Part shown: piece by piece, positions 1 through 9,323 of the stretch
How positions within the stretch are numbered: the first letter of the stretch is position 1
Layout of the letters: each line of letters starts with the position of its first letter
DNA from: a virus
Taxonomy: Duplodnaviria; Caudoviricetes
DNA length: 64,000 bases
Strand: one strand, 5' to 3'
Virus record (IMG/VR): IMGVR_UViG_3300037067_004608
Span: 59,840-123,839 of that record
Position numbers and translations under genes: made by a program
Notes under the pieces: generated by a model
Told to the model about the DNA's origin: nothing
Seen by the model: the letters and a program-made list of their open reading frames with translations, nothing else
Databases searched by the model: none

Positions 1-1
1 G

Positions 2-1102
2 AGAATAAAGTCACGAGGAAGATATAAGACAGATACAAAGACAGGAACAAGAGTTGCTACAGGATGTAAGACTACAGCTGCAATAAAAGAACTTAGTTCA
101 AGATATAGATGGGCAATAACAGGAACTCCTATTGAGAATAGCATAATTGATATGTTCTCTATTCTTGAGTTCTTAGACCCGATGATATTTGGTTCTATTG
201 CAGCATTCAAAAAGAGATATATGAAACAGACTCCATGGGGTTCCCAAACTGGAACCTCACAGAGTGAAGAACTGAAGCGGAAACTTGCGCCCATAGTTCT
301 AAGACGTGAAAAGGCACTTGTCCTTCCATGGCTTCCACCATGTACAGAAAATGAAGAACCTTGCGAACTTGTTGGAGATCAAAGGCGTCTATATCAGGAA
401 TTTGAAGATGAGACACTAGAAGCTCTAAATGCTATATCAAATAAGCAAGGGAAAGAAAGACAGCAGGCTCAGTTTGAAATAGTAGCAAAGATGGTTTATC
501 TCAGAGAGATTTGTGATTCACCAGAGCTAATAGATCCAAACATAAAAGAATCAGGAAAACTATCTTCACTACTTGCAATACTAGAAGATTTGCCAATAGG
601 CAAAGTATTGATATTCTCTCAATTTGAGAGAATGACAGCAATTATTGAAAGAGAGATTGAAGCAAGATTTGGAATGGCTCTACAGCCATTTAGAATACAT
701 GGTGGAGTAGATTCACACACAAGAAATAACATAAAAGACATATTCAATCTAATTGATAGACCTGTTGCTCTAGTAACTACAGACTGTTCAAAATATGGAG
801 TTAATATGCAGGCAGCAAGGTGGGTATTTAATTATGATCTCCCTTATAATCCTGCTATAATCTCACAGAGAATAGGCCGTGCACACAGAGATGGTATGGA
901 TGAAGTAGAAAGGCTTGGTGATGATAACAATGTAACAGTAATAAACCTAACTGTAGCAAACACAATTGAAGATAGAGTCAAAAAGATAATTAACACAAAA
1001 AGACTAATCTTCAATGATATAATGACTGACAACCAGATACTTCACAAGTTCTCTCTTGATGAACTAAGATACATTCTAACGGGGCGCGAAGTCGCCGCGT
1101 AA
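2..1102 (+). CDS. SNF2/DEAD-like helicase, 5'-truncated by window edge
   Basis: Frame is open from nt 2 and includes motif III (WAITGTPIEN), then LRREK, SGKL, VLIFSQF, GVNMQAA and QRIGRAHR (motif VI). Confidence 0.93.
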   Translation, partial: RIKSRGRYKTDTKTGTRVATGCKTTAAIKELSSRYRWAITGTPIENSIIDMFSILEFLDPMIFGSIAAFKKRYMKQTPWGSQTGTSQSEELKRKLAPIVLRREKALVLPWLPPCTENEEPCELVGDQRRLYQEFEDETLEALNAISNKQGKERQQAQFEIVAKMVYLREICDSPELIDPNIKESGKLSSLLAILEDLPIGKVLIFSQFERMTAIIEREIEARFGMALQPFRIHGGVDSHTRNNIKDIFNLIDRPVALVTTDCSKYGVNMQAARWVFNYDLPYNPAIISQRIGRAHRDGMDEVERLGDDNNVTVINLTVANTIEDRVKKIINTKRLIFNDIMTDNQILHKFSLDELRYILTGREVAA

Positions 1103-1136
1103 GACGGAATCGAGGGTTTGCGACCTACTTTTAAGC

Positions 1137-1178
1137 GTGAATTCACGCGAATGCACCGCCTCTCGGATACTAGACGGG
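1137..1178 (+). repeat. Dispersed element copy 1 (GTGAATTCACGCGAATGCA-N15-TAGACGGG)
   Basis: Exact 19-bp core shared with five other intergenic sites. Confidence 0.9.
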
Positions 1179-1236
1179 TTTTAATACTCGTTTCCTAAGT
1201 AAAGAGGGTGCAATGACATAATAACAGGAGAAGATA

Positions 1237-1665
1237 ATGGTAGTGGACAGTAAACAATATGCCGTTGGTTTAACTAGGATATATTTCTATTGTTTCGAGT
1301 GTGGACCAGATATAGATGATCCTAGTGCACCAGGCAAGAAAAAGAAAGACACTCCTGGCCAGAGAGTTATGAAAGCTGAATGGAGAAAAGATTCCAGAGT
1401 ATATTGTCCACGCTGTAAAAGACTTATGATCTTTGATGGTGATGCATTATATGACAATGTAACAGGAAATGCTCATTTTTGGATAGAGAGACCAGATGGA
1501 CTCATAGTCCCAAGAGGTCACCTATTCAGATACGACCTAAAAGGTGAAGGATATGTTTCACCAAGATACATTTCACCAAAACCAGGAGATGGTGTAAACA
1601 TAGACTTTGTAAAAGAATATGATAGGCTGAATGGAGGAAACAGTGCAGTGCAACAGATGCCCTAA
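1237..1665 (+). CDS. Hypothetical Zn-ribbon protein
   Basis: CFEC...CPRC; AGGAG RBS. Confidence 0.7.
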   Translation: MVVDSKQYAVGLTRIYFYCFECGPDIDDPSAPGKKKKDTPGQRVMKAEWRKDSRVYCPRCKRLMIFDGDALYDNVTGNAHFWIERPDGLIVPRGHLFRYDLKGEGYVSPRYISPKPGDGVNIDFVKEYDRLNGGNSAVQQMP

Positions 1666-1915
1666 TACTTTCCCAAAAGATGCAGTCCACGATCTTCATC
1701 TTGATATAGAAGAAGGAGTCATGATACATGTTTCCTTCCCTATAAATCAAGTTGATGGAGAAGTAATTTCTCTGTGTAAAGATTGTCTACAGTCAACTTT
1801 CCAAGAGTTCATGGACAATCTTAATCCAGCACAAAAGCAATTCATGAGAGACCAAGCAAGAAAACAAGCGATTGATGTATCAATATTATCGCTTGTAGCA
1901 GATATGGAAGAATAA
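1631..1915 (+). CDS. Hypothetical Zn-finger protein
   Basis: CNRC...CKDC; fits operon tiling. Confidence 0.65.
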   Translation: MEETVQCNRCPNTFPKDAVHDLHLDIEEGVMIHVSFPINQVDGEVISLCKDCLQSTFQEFMDNLNPAQKQFMRDQARKQAIDVSILSLVADMEE

Positions 1916-1919
1916 AAGG

Positions 1920-1989
1920 GTGGGTAGGGTCAACTGACCATCGAGCGGATATTTGTCCCTCTAGGTTTATCAGTCAAGACCCTACCCAC
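1920..1989. other. Long stem-closed hairpin (possible leader or sRNA)
   Basis: 12-bp arms GTGGGTAGGGTC/GACCCTACCCAC with inner ACTGA/TCAGT and GAG-GGA/TCC-CTC pairings. Confidence 0.6.
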
Positions 1990-2020
1990 ATATACCACCG
2001 ACCACACAAGGAGCAAATAA

Positions 2021-2743
2021 ATGTCTTTTGTAGAAGTCCCAATACTAAGAGGTTTCACAGAAGTTGAACCTCTATTCAACCTTTCTTCTAACATAGCATA
2101 CATTTGTGGAGGCTATGCTAGATATTGCTGTTCTCAAAACAAGAAAGTAACTCCTGCCCAAGATTGTGATGTTTTCCCAACAACTGAAACCTCATATGAA
2201 ACTCTCAAAGCTGCTCTTGTAGAAAAGATAGGCTTTGAGGTATCTTATGAAAATGGAGTCTGTCTCACTTTAAGAGTTCCAAAGAAAGTTCCTGACTCCA
2301 TGAGCCTCAGATGGAAACACTGCCCACAAATACAGCTTATCAAACCTGTTGTAGAAGGCAGGGTTGTCACAGTCGGTTCTATAGAAGATATACTAGGGAA
2401 CTTTGACTTCACGATAACAAGGGCTGCAATCATTCGACCTGACGCTTGTCTAGTAGATGAAAACTTCATTAAAGATGAAAGTAATCACCTTCTTAGACTT
2501 GAAACAATCCACTGTCCGATCTCATCTTTGCTTAGGTGTATAAAGTATGGTAGAAAAGGTTATTGGATGAGACCTTCAGAAGCTCTCAATTTATTCCTTG
2601 ATTGGGATAATAGAGGTCAGAAGTATAAAGATGAAATCATAGAGTTGTTCAAAACATCTATGATGAAAGACGATCAAGGAAAACAAATAAAGATGGAGCA
2701 GCAAGAAATTGATCGTCTTGAAACTATGCTTAGGAGAGACTAA
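2021..2743 (+). CDS. Nucleotidyltransferase (CCA/poly(A)-polymerase head-like)
   Basis: YICGGYAR...DCDVF...FDFTITRA motif pattern; AAGGAG RBS. Confidence 0.7.
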   Translation: MSFVEVPILRGFTEVEPLFNLSSNIAYICGGYARYCCSQNKKVTPAQDCDVFPTTETSYETLKAALVEKIGFEVSYENGVCLTLRVPKKVPDSMSLRWKHCPQIQLIKPVVEGRVVTVGSIEDILGNFDFTITRAAIIRPDACLVDENFIKDESNHLLRLETIHCPISSLLRCIKYGRKGYWMRPSEALNLFLDWDNRGQKYKDEIIELFKTSMMKDDQGKQIKMEQQEIDRLETMLRRD

Positions 2744-3120
2744 TGAATCACGAAGATCAAGGATCAGGATATGATCCTAAAGCATGTGGTTACGAACTTC
2801 AAGGAAGAAAATCCAAACCTAATTTTCAGATTAGACATTCTGAACTTGGTATCTTTCAAGGTCAATGTATGGGAATGGGATTCTGGCACCCAACCTCTGA
2901 TATGCCTGAGCAGGGTCTTGCTAGATACTTAACAATAGAAGATGCTCAAAGAGATATAGACTTCATGTGTTCAGATGCTTGTTCTGACCCGGGCACATAT
3001 AGAGGTAAGCTATCAATAGAACCATATGATGAGTGCCTCAACGACCTATGTGCAGAGCATATGAAAAAGCTAAAAGAAGCTGGACTTACAGAATGCGAGG
3101 TTATCAATGAAACTCACTAA
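2743..3120 (+). CDS. Hypothetical protein
   Basis: TAATG coupling to upstream gene. Confidence 0.6.
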   Translation: MNHEDQGSGYDPKACGYELQGRKSKPNFQIRHSELGIFQGQCMGMGFWHPTSDMPEQGLARYLTIEDAQRDIDFMCSDACSDPGTYRGKLSIEPYDECLNDLCAEHMKKLKEAGLTECEVINETH

Positions 3121-3565
3121 AAAAATAGAAGCACACACTTGGAGAGAGATTCTAGCAGCAGCAGATATAGGAGATTCAGAAATAATCTGCGACAAATGCC
3201 ACGAACCAATTCTCTGTGAGAAAGGTGAATTTCCTGGCGTCATTATACTAGGGAATATTTATGCTGCAAATAAAGATTTTGCTCATAATTTATGTGGGAT
3301 AATTGGCAACAACTTCCCACACTGGTCTGATGATGGGCAGCCAGAAGTGACTGTTGAAACACTTGGCACTGAATTTAAGTTATCTTGGCTAGAAGTAAAA
3401 GCCAATGCTTATCATGTCACATGTCTAACAGAACTTCTTATGGAACCATTCAATGAAGAATATCCACCTTGTCCACAAAATTGTGGAGGAAGAATGATAA
3501 TGTCTGGTGACCATATTCATCACCACTGCAATAAGTGTGGATATGACAAAAGAATGGAGGATTAA
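3107..3565 (+). CDS. Hypothetical Cys-rich protein
   Basis: Several CxxC pairs; GAGG RBS. Confidence 0.6.
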   Translation: MKLTKKIEAHTWREILAAADIGDSEIICDKCHEPILCEKGEFPGVIILGNIYAANKDFAHNLCGIIGNNFPHWSDDGQPEVTVETLGTEFKLSWLEVKANAYHVTCLTELLMEPFNEEYPPCPQNCGGRMIMSGDHIHHHCNKCGYDKRMED

Positions 3566-3566
3566 C

Positions 3567-4037
3567 ATGGGAGTAACATTTAACTTTAGCACAGCATTCA
3601 AAAATTTTGATTTCAAGAAGTGTATAGAAATGTATGGACTCAAAATACGAGTTGCTGTGCCAATAATGAATCCAGGTCTAATGGAAGTCCTTAGCCGTTC
3701 ACATCTAACACAACTAGATGTTATAGATATATTTCACGAGAACCATCCTAAACTTGGTCCAAACATGGGATTTATATTCCCAGAAAGATTCCTTACTCCG
3801 CCACAGAGAAGAAGATTCATACAAGCTATTGTTTCTCACCCACAGACAAAAATAGGTAATCTAAAATCAGTCGATATAATAACTCACGACGATTTTATTC
3901 TTGTAGATTGTATACCTCAAATAGTTAGAATAATAAGATTCACAGAAGATGGATTCTACAAGAATGCTGAGAGGATGCCTATATCACCTTTTGCAGCAAA
4001 TAGAGATCAAATATATAGTGCTATATGGCAATCGTGA
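3567..4037 (+). CDS. Hypothetical protein (weak resemblance to ABC-ATPase C-terminal half)
   Basis: ATG 3567 after GGAGG; FPERFLTP...IITHDDF resembles EPExxLHP...ITTHS; no Walker A. Confidence 0.55.
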   Translation: MGVTFNFSTAFKNFDFKKCIEMYGLKIRVAVPIMNPGLMEVLSRSHLTQLDVIDIFHENHPKLGPNMGFIFPERFLTPPQRRRFIQAIVSHPQTKIGNLKSVDIITHDDFILVDCIPQIVRIIRFTEDGFYKNAERMPISPFAANRDQIYSAIWQS

Positions 4038-4044
4038 CTGAGAG

Positions 4045-4170
4045 TCAGCGGTTCTTTCGTCTGCTCTCGTGTGACATCTTCCTTTTTGCTTTGTCCTTGC
4101 TATAGTTCCTTTGTTTCTTTGATCCTGTGTGCTTTGTTCCACGAGAAAAGATATTGAACATTCCAGCCAT
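4045..4170 (-). CDS. Small basic protein, 41 aa (not in ORF track)
   Basis: AAGGAGCAAATA-ATG, nearly identical to the RBS of ORF 2021; MAGMFNIFSRGTKHTGSKKQRNYSKDKAKRKMSHESRRKNR. Confidence 0.65.
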   Translation of the reverse strand: MAGMFNIFSRGTKHTGSKKQRNYSKDKAKRKMSHESRRKNR

Positions 4171-4416
4171 TATTTGCTCCTTTGTTCTGTTGAATCTGCG
4201 TTAATGTGTCTCAGTCGCCTCCCTCGATTACACACTACGTGTGTAATTCGCGCGCGCGAATGTGACGGCCCTAAGATACAATCAAGGAAATATGTAAAGA
4301 GGAATAAGATAGGATTTACTATAGGGAACACCCCAGCACCTCACCCCCTACCCCCTATCCTCTCCCCTTTATACTCGATTCGATACCGTGCAGACGGTCG
4401 GAAAGGATGGATCATT

Positions 4417-4689
4417 ATGGAAAAGAGTTATCTGATTACTCTCAGCATATGTGCGCTCTTTATTATAGCATTATCAATTGTGATTGCTATATCAAGGAAC
4501 CGTATGCTATTTAGACGAGAAGTTGATATATACTTCAATTACATATATGACCTATGGAGCAATGGTGTTCCACAATCTCAGTGGAGAAAACCTCTGCCAA
4601 CTTGCTTAGGTCTTGGATATGGAGAAAAGCAAATAAGAGAAGCTGCAATCAAAAGATTGAGAGAGGTGACAAATGAGAACATTAGATGA
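4417..4689 (+). CDS. Hypothetical membrane protein
   Basis: Likely start MEKSYLIT after AAGGA; N-terminal TM helix. Confidence 0.6.
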   Translation: MEKSYLITLSICALFIIALSIVIAISRNRMLFRREVDIYFNYIYDLWSNGVPQSQWRKPLPTCLGLGYGEKQIREAAIKRLREVTNENIR

Positions 4690-4936
4690 CACTAAAGATG
4701 AGACTATAAACGGAGTTGAAGTCTCAGTATCACTTATCCCAGTCAAAGGGAATAGAACAGAAGTGAGGCTATCAGGATATAAGTTTGGCGAACATAGAGG
4801 ATACATCTGCCGAAAGATTATGAAAGAAGAATCAATTGGCTCTATACTTGCTGGCTTCAAAAAGAAGTTGGAAGTTGATGTTCAGACTTGTCAGGCTATG
4901 ATAGAATATATTGAGAGGAAAGAGAAAGATGGATAA
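4673..4936 (+). CDS. Hypothetical protein
   Basis: GAGGTG RBS; operon tiling. Confidence 0.6.
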   Translation: MRTLDDTKDETINGVEVSVSLIPVKGNRTEVRLSGYKFGEHRGYICRKIMKEESIGSILAGFKKKLEVDVQTCQAMIEYIERKEKDG

Positions 4937-5288
4937 GAGACTGCTTGCAAAACAATTGTTTCAAAAAGCAAGAGAGATTCACTATCTAAATACAGATATA
5001 TCTAACATGCTTGATGAAGTGGTAACACCAGGATCAGAGCTTCACCTACTTTTGATAGAGGTAGCTCAGCATAAGATCGGAGATTCACAAAAGATAAAGA
5101 CAGCTGGTATGAATAACCTACCAGATGATGATGATACTAGCATGACTCTTCTTAAGAAACTGGAAGAGTTTGGCTTTGTAGTAGAGTTCTACGATGATGG
5201 AGACCACCGTATAGACCTTCTCAGATTTAGGATTCCAGAGAAGGAAGAAGCTACAACTCTATGCCAATTAGAACTGGAGAATATGTAA
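4929..5288 (+). CDS. Hypothetical protein
   Basis: Overlapping start and stop with neighbours. Confidence 0.6.
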   Translation: MDKRLLAKQLFQKAREIHYLNTDISNMLDEVVTPGSELHLLLIEVAQHKIGDSQKIKTAGMNNLPDDDDTSMTLLKKLEEFGFVVEFYDDGDHRIDLLRFRIPEKEEATTLCQLELENM

Positions 5289-5506
5289 TGGGATTCACAA
5301 CTACATTTAGAGATCAGAGAGAAAGCAAGTCTGTCATCCTAGATATTCGTGATAACGGAATACTTGTAAAAACTGCATTTGGTGATAGCAGAGAAATTGC
5401 TCTTGCCAGAGCGATTGGAGAACTAGAAGAACAAGTCGAGCGTGGAAAGAAAGCAGCAGAAACAGTTAGGTTTCTTAAAACTGTAGATCCAAACTCTGAT
5501 AAGTAA
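5288..5506 (+). CDS. Hypothetical protein
   Basis: TAATG coupling, GGAG RBS. Confidence 0.6.
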   Translation: MGFTTTFRDQRESKSVILDIRDNGILVKTAFGDSREIALARAIGELEEQVERGKKAAETVRFLKTVDPNSDK

Positions 5507-5542
5507 ATAGACATAGCAACCAAGCAATCCTCCTTACCCCGT

Positions 5543-5570
5543 TTGCCAGAGTAGCCGGAAGGCGTATAGA
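5543..5570 (+). promoter_or_regulatory. Sigma70-like promoter of replication operon
   Basis: TTGCCA-N16-TATAGA upstream of the replication genes. Confidence 0.5.
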
Positions 5571-5610
5571 TAAGCGGGAACGACGTTCGGAAGTGATTTT
5601 GGTTTCAAGT

Positions 5611-5675
5611 ATCCTGCCTGAAAGTGCTCTCCGCTGCCATCAACTTCGGACGCTTTCCCAGCTTTCAGGCAGGAT
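5611..5675. other. Stem-closed hairpin in leader of replication operon
   Basis: Perfect 14-bp arms ATCCTGCCTGAAAG/CTTTCAGGCAGGAT. Confidence 0.6.
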
Positions 5676-5697
5676 TTTCTTTATCTTGGAGACAACC

Positions 5698-6159
5698 ATG
5701 ACTGCGCACTCATTTGAAGAAGATATTTTTGGAGAAGGATATGTCTCTCCAAGGACTCAGCAAAAGAAGCCAAAAAATGATCTTATAAATACATGGAAAC
5801 ATATCTACCTTAAAGTTTATGAGGTAGAGTTTGATAGGATGAGCGACCCTAGCCTTTTTGTTGCCTGCACCGACCTAGCCCGCTTCTGTAAAACACACAA
5901 CCTCGATATAGAAGAATACGTAACTTGGGCAATGTCATCATTTGACGTATTCAGTCCCCGAAGAATAACAACTGAGAAGTTCCTCTCTGCGTTCCTGAGC
6001 AGCCGAGTCCCTGTTGATGCATCAGGAGGCTACTTCATCATAGAAACAGGAGAAGTAGTCCCTATGGTTTTCCAGGAAAACGGTCAAGTAGCTCTTGAAC
6101 TACCTTCAGACGGCCAGGTCTTTGTAGATGGTAAGCTTGTCCATGCCAAAAGGGTGTGA
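5698..6159 (+). CDS. Hypothetical protein, positional replication-initiator candidate
   Basis: ATG after GGAG; first gene before helicase loader and helicase. Confidence 0.55.
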   Translation: MTAHSFEEDIFGEGYVSPRTQQKKPKNDLINTWKHIYLKVYEVEFDRMSDPSLFVACTDLARFCKTHNLDIEEYVTWAMSSFDVFSPRRITTEKFLSAFLSSRVPVDASGGYFIIETGEVVPMVFQENGQVALELPSDGQVFVDGKLVHAKRV

Positions 6160-6776
6160 CGAGCATGGGAAGTCTTGAATACGATTTAGTAGAAGAACTA
6201 AAGGCCAAAAACGCTCCTCCAAGGGATAGAGCTTACGCAGCTGCTAACATCCCTCAAGAGTTTTGGGATATAACCCGAAACGATATAGAAGTAACTCAAA
6301 AGAACAAACCTGTATATGATTTTGTCACAAGCTATGTTGACAACTTGCATACCAGGATTAAAGAGGGAAAAGGTTTAACACTAATTGACGTAGCAAAGTC
6401 TGGAAAGACATTATTTGGCTGCGCAATAATAAAGTCAGCTGCTATAGACCCAGCAACTCTGAGACGCGAATATAGAATACATAGAGTCAACTATGATACT
6501 ATCATAGAAGATTTCTCTCATATTCGCAATGAGCAAGATACTTATATGCAATTGAGGAATAGTTTAGCCAGAGATGATATTCTATTTATAGATAGTATAT
6601 CATACACTAGCCCTCCAGGTATTTTGCTATCAATAGCAAGAACAAGAAGAGACTTTAGAAAGTCAACAATACTGGCTACTTCTCTTGCTCCAATTCAATT
6701 AGAGCAAGCAAGATCAAGAGAGTTGATAGATATATTCAAAGATGTAAATGATCAATATTCGGTGAGCAGGAAGTGA
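6156..6776 (+). CDS. DnaC/IstB-like helicase loader (AAA+)
   Basis: ANIPQEF N-terminus, GKGLTL..KSGKT Walker A, ILFIDS Walker B, TILATSL; precedes DnaB. Confidence 0.8.
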   Translation: MTSMGSLEYDLVEELKAKNAPPRDRAYAAANIPQEFWDITRNDIEVTQKNKPVYDFVTSYVDNLHTRIKEGKGLTLIDVAKSGKTLFGCAIIKSAAIDPATLRREYRIHRVNYDTIIEDFSHIRNEQDTYMQLRNSLARDDILFIDSISYTSPPGILLSIARTRRDFRKSTILATSLAPIQLEQARSRELIDIFKDVNDQYSVSRK

Positions 6777-8212
6777 TCGAACTATCAGATGTTCAGCTTG
6801 AGAGACAATTAGTTAGTTCTATGTTCCATGATGAACGAGTTCTAACTGATCTCATAGTGCCTTGGGAATCTAAAAGAGGGAAAGACTGGTTCACTCAGAC
6901 AGAGCTTAGATGGATAGCTGTAAAGGTAATGAGAAATTACAGGACTTACGGTTGTATTCCATCTAAACAACTGCTGCTATCAGCTTTGCGAGATGAGACT
7001 GCTAAAGCAGGAAGAGAAGAAGAAGCAAGAGAAGCTATACATGAACAATATGACATTCTTATAGATAGACTTATTCAAGGAGAATCGTCATCAAGAGAAG
7101 TATGTTCAGCAATCTCTGATCGTCTCATAAAGCTGCTAACAAATAGAGAAATTGCAAACTCTGGAGAAAAGTTTGCATCTTTGCTTGAATCAGGAGATAT
7201 TGAAGCAGGATATAATGATCTAAAATCTCACATTCTAGCTATTGATGAACTTAAAGCTCCAAGCTCTATAATAACTGGAGATATATTCGATCTTGAAGAA
7301 GAGATTGAATATATCAGAAGGCGACGAGAAAATCCTGAATTATTCAAGGGTATACCAACTGGCATTTCAGTTTTTGATAATGAAACTCAAGGTATACACA
7401 ATGGAGAAACAGGATTTATTGTTGGACCATCTGGTAGAGGAAAGACAACTCTCGCATGCGAGATAGGATATAATGGACTTAGAGCAGGTTTTAATGTATT
7501 ACAGTTTACAATAGAATCTGCTCTTCAGCTAATAAAGTTCAAATACTATGCTCGCATATCACAGATACCATATAACTATTTCAAATTTGCAGCACCTGGA
7601 GAACCAGACAATGATTGGATGGAAGAATGGCTTGCATCCATGGGTCGTCTTGGAGAAAAGATTGATTCAAGACTAAAGATTGTTGATATACCAGAAGGCT
7701 GCACTCCTTCTCTCATAGAAGATATATGTATGCACAGATTCGGGAGTTGGAGACCTGATTTAGTTATAATAGATCATCAAGGTTTGCTTAATCCCGATGC
7801 TGGTCAGATGGGGAAAGGCAAATTAGGATGGGATACACAGGGAGAGATTTCTCAAACACTTATGGGCAAAGCCCGTATGATGAGAAACTCAAAAGGTGAA
7901 AGAGGAATTGGATTATGGGTTCTTGCCCAAGGTCATCCTTCTCTGCTGAAACGCAAAGCTGAAGACATATCAGTAGCAGATGTTGGACTTAGTTATCTAA
8001 TTGCTCAACCTGCTCATTATATTATACATATAATACGTGATGATATAATGGCTGCAAATGACGAGGCAATTTTGAAACTAACAAAAGTTAGAGATGGTAG
8101 AGATGGTCTAATAGCTTATGTCAAGACTAACTTTGCTACTTCTACATTTATAGCACGAGAAGAAGCATCAGGAACTATGGCAGAAGTCCAAGAAAGTAGA
8201 GTTCTGTTCTAG
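6773..8212 (+). CDS. dnaB: Replicative DNA helicase, DnaB-like
   Basis: GIPTG..FD, GPSGRGKT Walker A, FTIE, VIIDH, KVRDG. Confidence 0.92.
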   Translation: MIELSDVQLERQLVSSMFHDERVLTDLIVPWESKRGKDWFTQTELRWIAVKVMRNYRTYGCIPSKQLLLSALRDETAKAGREEEAREAIHEQYDILIDRLIQGESSSREVCSAISDRLIKLLTNREIANSGEKFASLLESGDIEAGYNDLKSHILAIDELKAPSSIITGDIFDLEEEIEYIRRRRENPELFKGIPTGISVFDNETQGIHNGETGFIVGPSGRGKTTLACEIGYNGLRAGFNVLQFTIESALQLIKFKYYARISQIPYNYFKFAAPGEPDNDWMEEWLASMGRLGEKIDSRLKIVDIPEGCTPSLIEDICMHRFGSWRPDLVIIDHQGLLNPDAGQMGKGKLGWDTQGEISQTLMGKARMMRNSKGERGIGLWVLAQGHPSLLKRKAEDISVADVGLSYLIAQPAHYIIHIIRDDIMAANDEAILKLTKVRDGRDGLIAYVKTNFATSTFIAREEASGTMAEVQESRVLF

Positions 8213-8221
8213 GAGATAGCA

Positions 8222-8422
8222 ATGAACTTTAATTTTACACCAAATAACACAATGGATGTTGTTAGATACCTTATGTCTGAATATGATGTAACAGAAGCTG
8301 AAGGCGCTAGACTTGTTGAGACATATAACTACATCTATTCAGAAGGTGTTGATTGCGGTAGTTTTGTATACTACATAGGTGATGAGATAGCAAAGGCAGA
8401 TATGATCAAGAAAAAGTCGTAG
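8222..8422 (+). CDS. Hypothetical protein
   Basis: AGGAG RBS. Confidence 0.6.
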   Translation: MNFNFTPNNTMDVVRYLMSEYDVTEAEGARLVETYNYIYSEGVDCGSFVYYIGDEIAKADMIKKKS

Positions 8423-8434
8423 TGAGGTGATAAT

Positions 8435-9087
8435 GTGGAGCACTCATTTGAGGATTTTAACATAATAACTCCTGATCCTCATCTCTTGCTCCATAGTAAT
8501 ATACCAAAGCCATTACACGAGGTAAATCCAAGAACTATTAAAGGAAGGAATTGGTGGGACGAGCAGAGAAGGAGAATATATAGCGAGCAGGGTGACCGTT
8601 GTGCAGCTTGTGGAGTTCATAAGAGTCAAGCCAAAGGCAAGAAGAAATGGCTTGAGTGCCATGAAATCTATGAGATAGATTGGAAACGTGGAACAGCAAA
8701 GTTCATAAAGTTAATTGCTCTGTGTCCATATTGTCATATGTTTATTCACAATGGCAGAATGCAGGCACTTTATGATCAAGGAGAAATAAGCACTAGACAA
8801 ACTTTGCTGTTATCAAACATGGAACAGAACTTCTCGATAAAGCTGGTATTAGAAGTCAGTGGGAGCATAGGCATGATGCTTGTAATTATTCTCCAAATTG
8901 GAATAAATGGAGACTAATATTTGAAGGAAAGAAATATAAACCAAAGTTCAAATCATATGATGAATGGCTTAAACACTTTGGATATAAAATAGATATGACA
9001 CCAAAGGCAAGTCCATTCTTCAATAATGCAAGAATATCTGATGTTCTTGATGAATATGATACATACGAAGAACTTTTTGGAAACTAG
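8435..9087 (+). pseudogene. HNH endonuclease with an internal frameshift near 8795-8805
   Basis: CAAC..LECHE..LCPYCH..HNG HNH core; the -1 frame from ~8800 stays open to TAG 9087 and fills the gap before ORF 9096. Confidence 0.7.
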
Positions 9088-9095
9088 GAGATAAG

Positions 9096-9323
9096 ATGCC
9101 GATATACGAGTTCTATTGTGTAAATTCAGGATGTCCTGGATTCAATTCTATTATAGAAGAAACCCAGAGAATGAATGATGAGCACAAAGCACAATGCCAA
9201 TTCTGTGGTGGAGATATGAAAAGGAAGTTTGGGAACTTCATAGATCAATATAAAGGTGAAGGATTTACCAGATCAGCAGATGCGAAAGAGGAAGTTGATG
9301 TGTGGAAATCAAAAGGAGAATGA
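9096..9323 (+). CDS. FmdB-family zinc-ribbon protein
   Basis: MPIYEFYC...C..CGG.MKR...YKGEGF signature. Confidence 0.85.
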   Translation: MPIYEFYCVNSGCPGFNSIIEETQRMNDEHKAQCQFCGGDMKRKFGNFIDQYKGEGFTRSADAKEEVDVWKSKGE

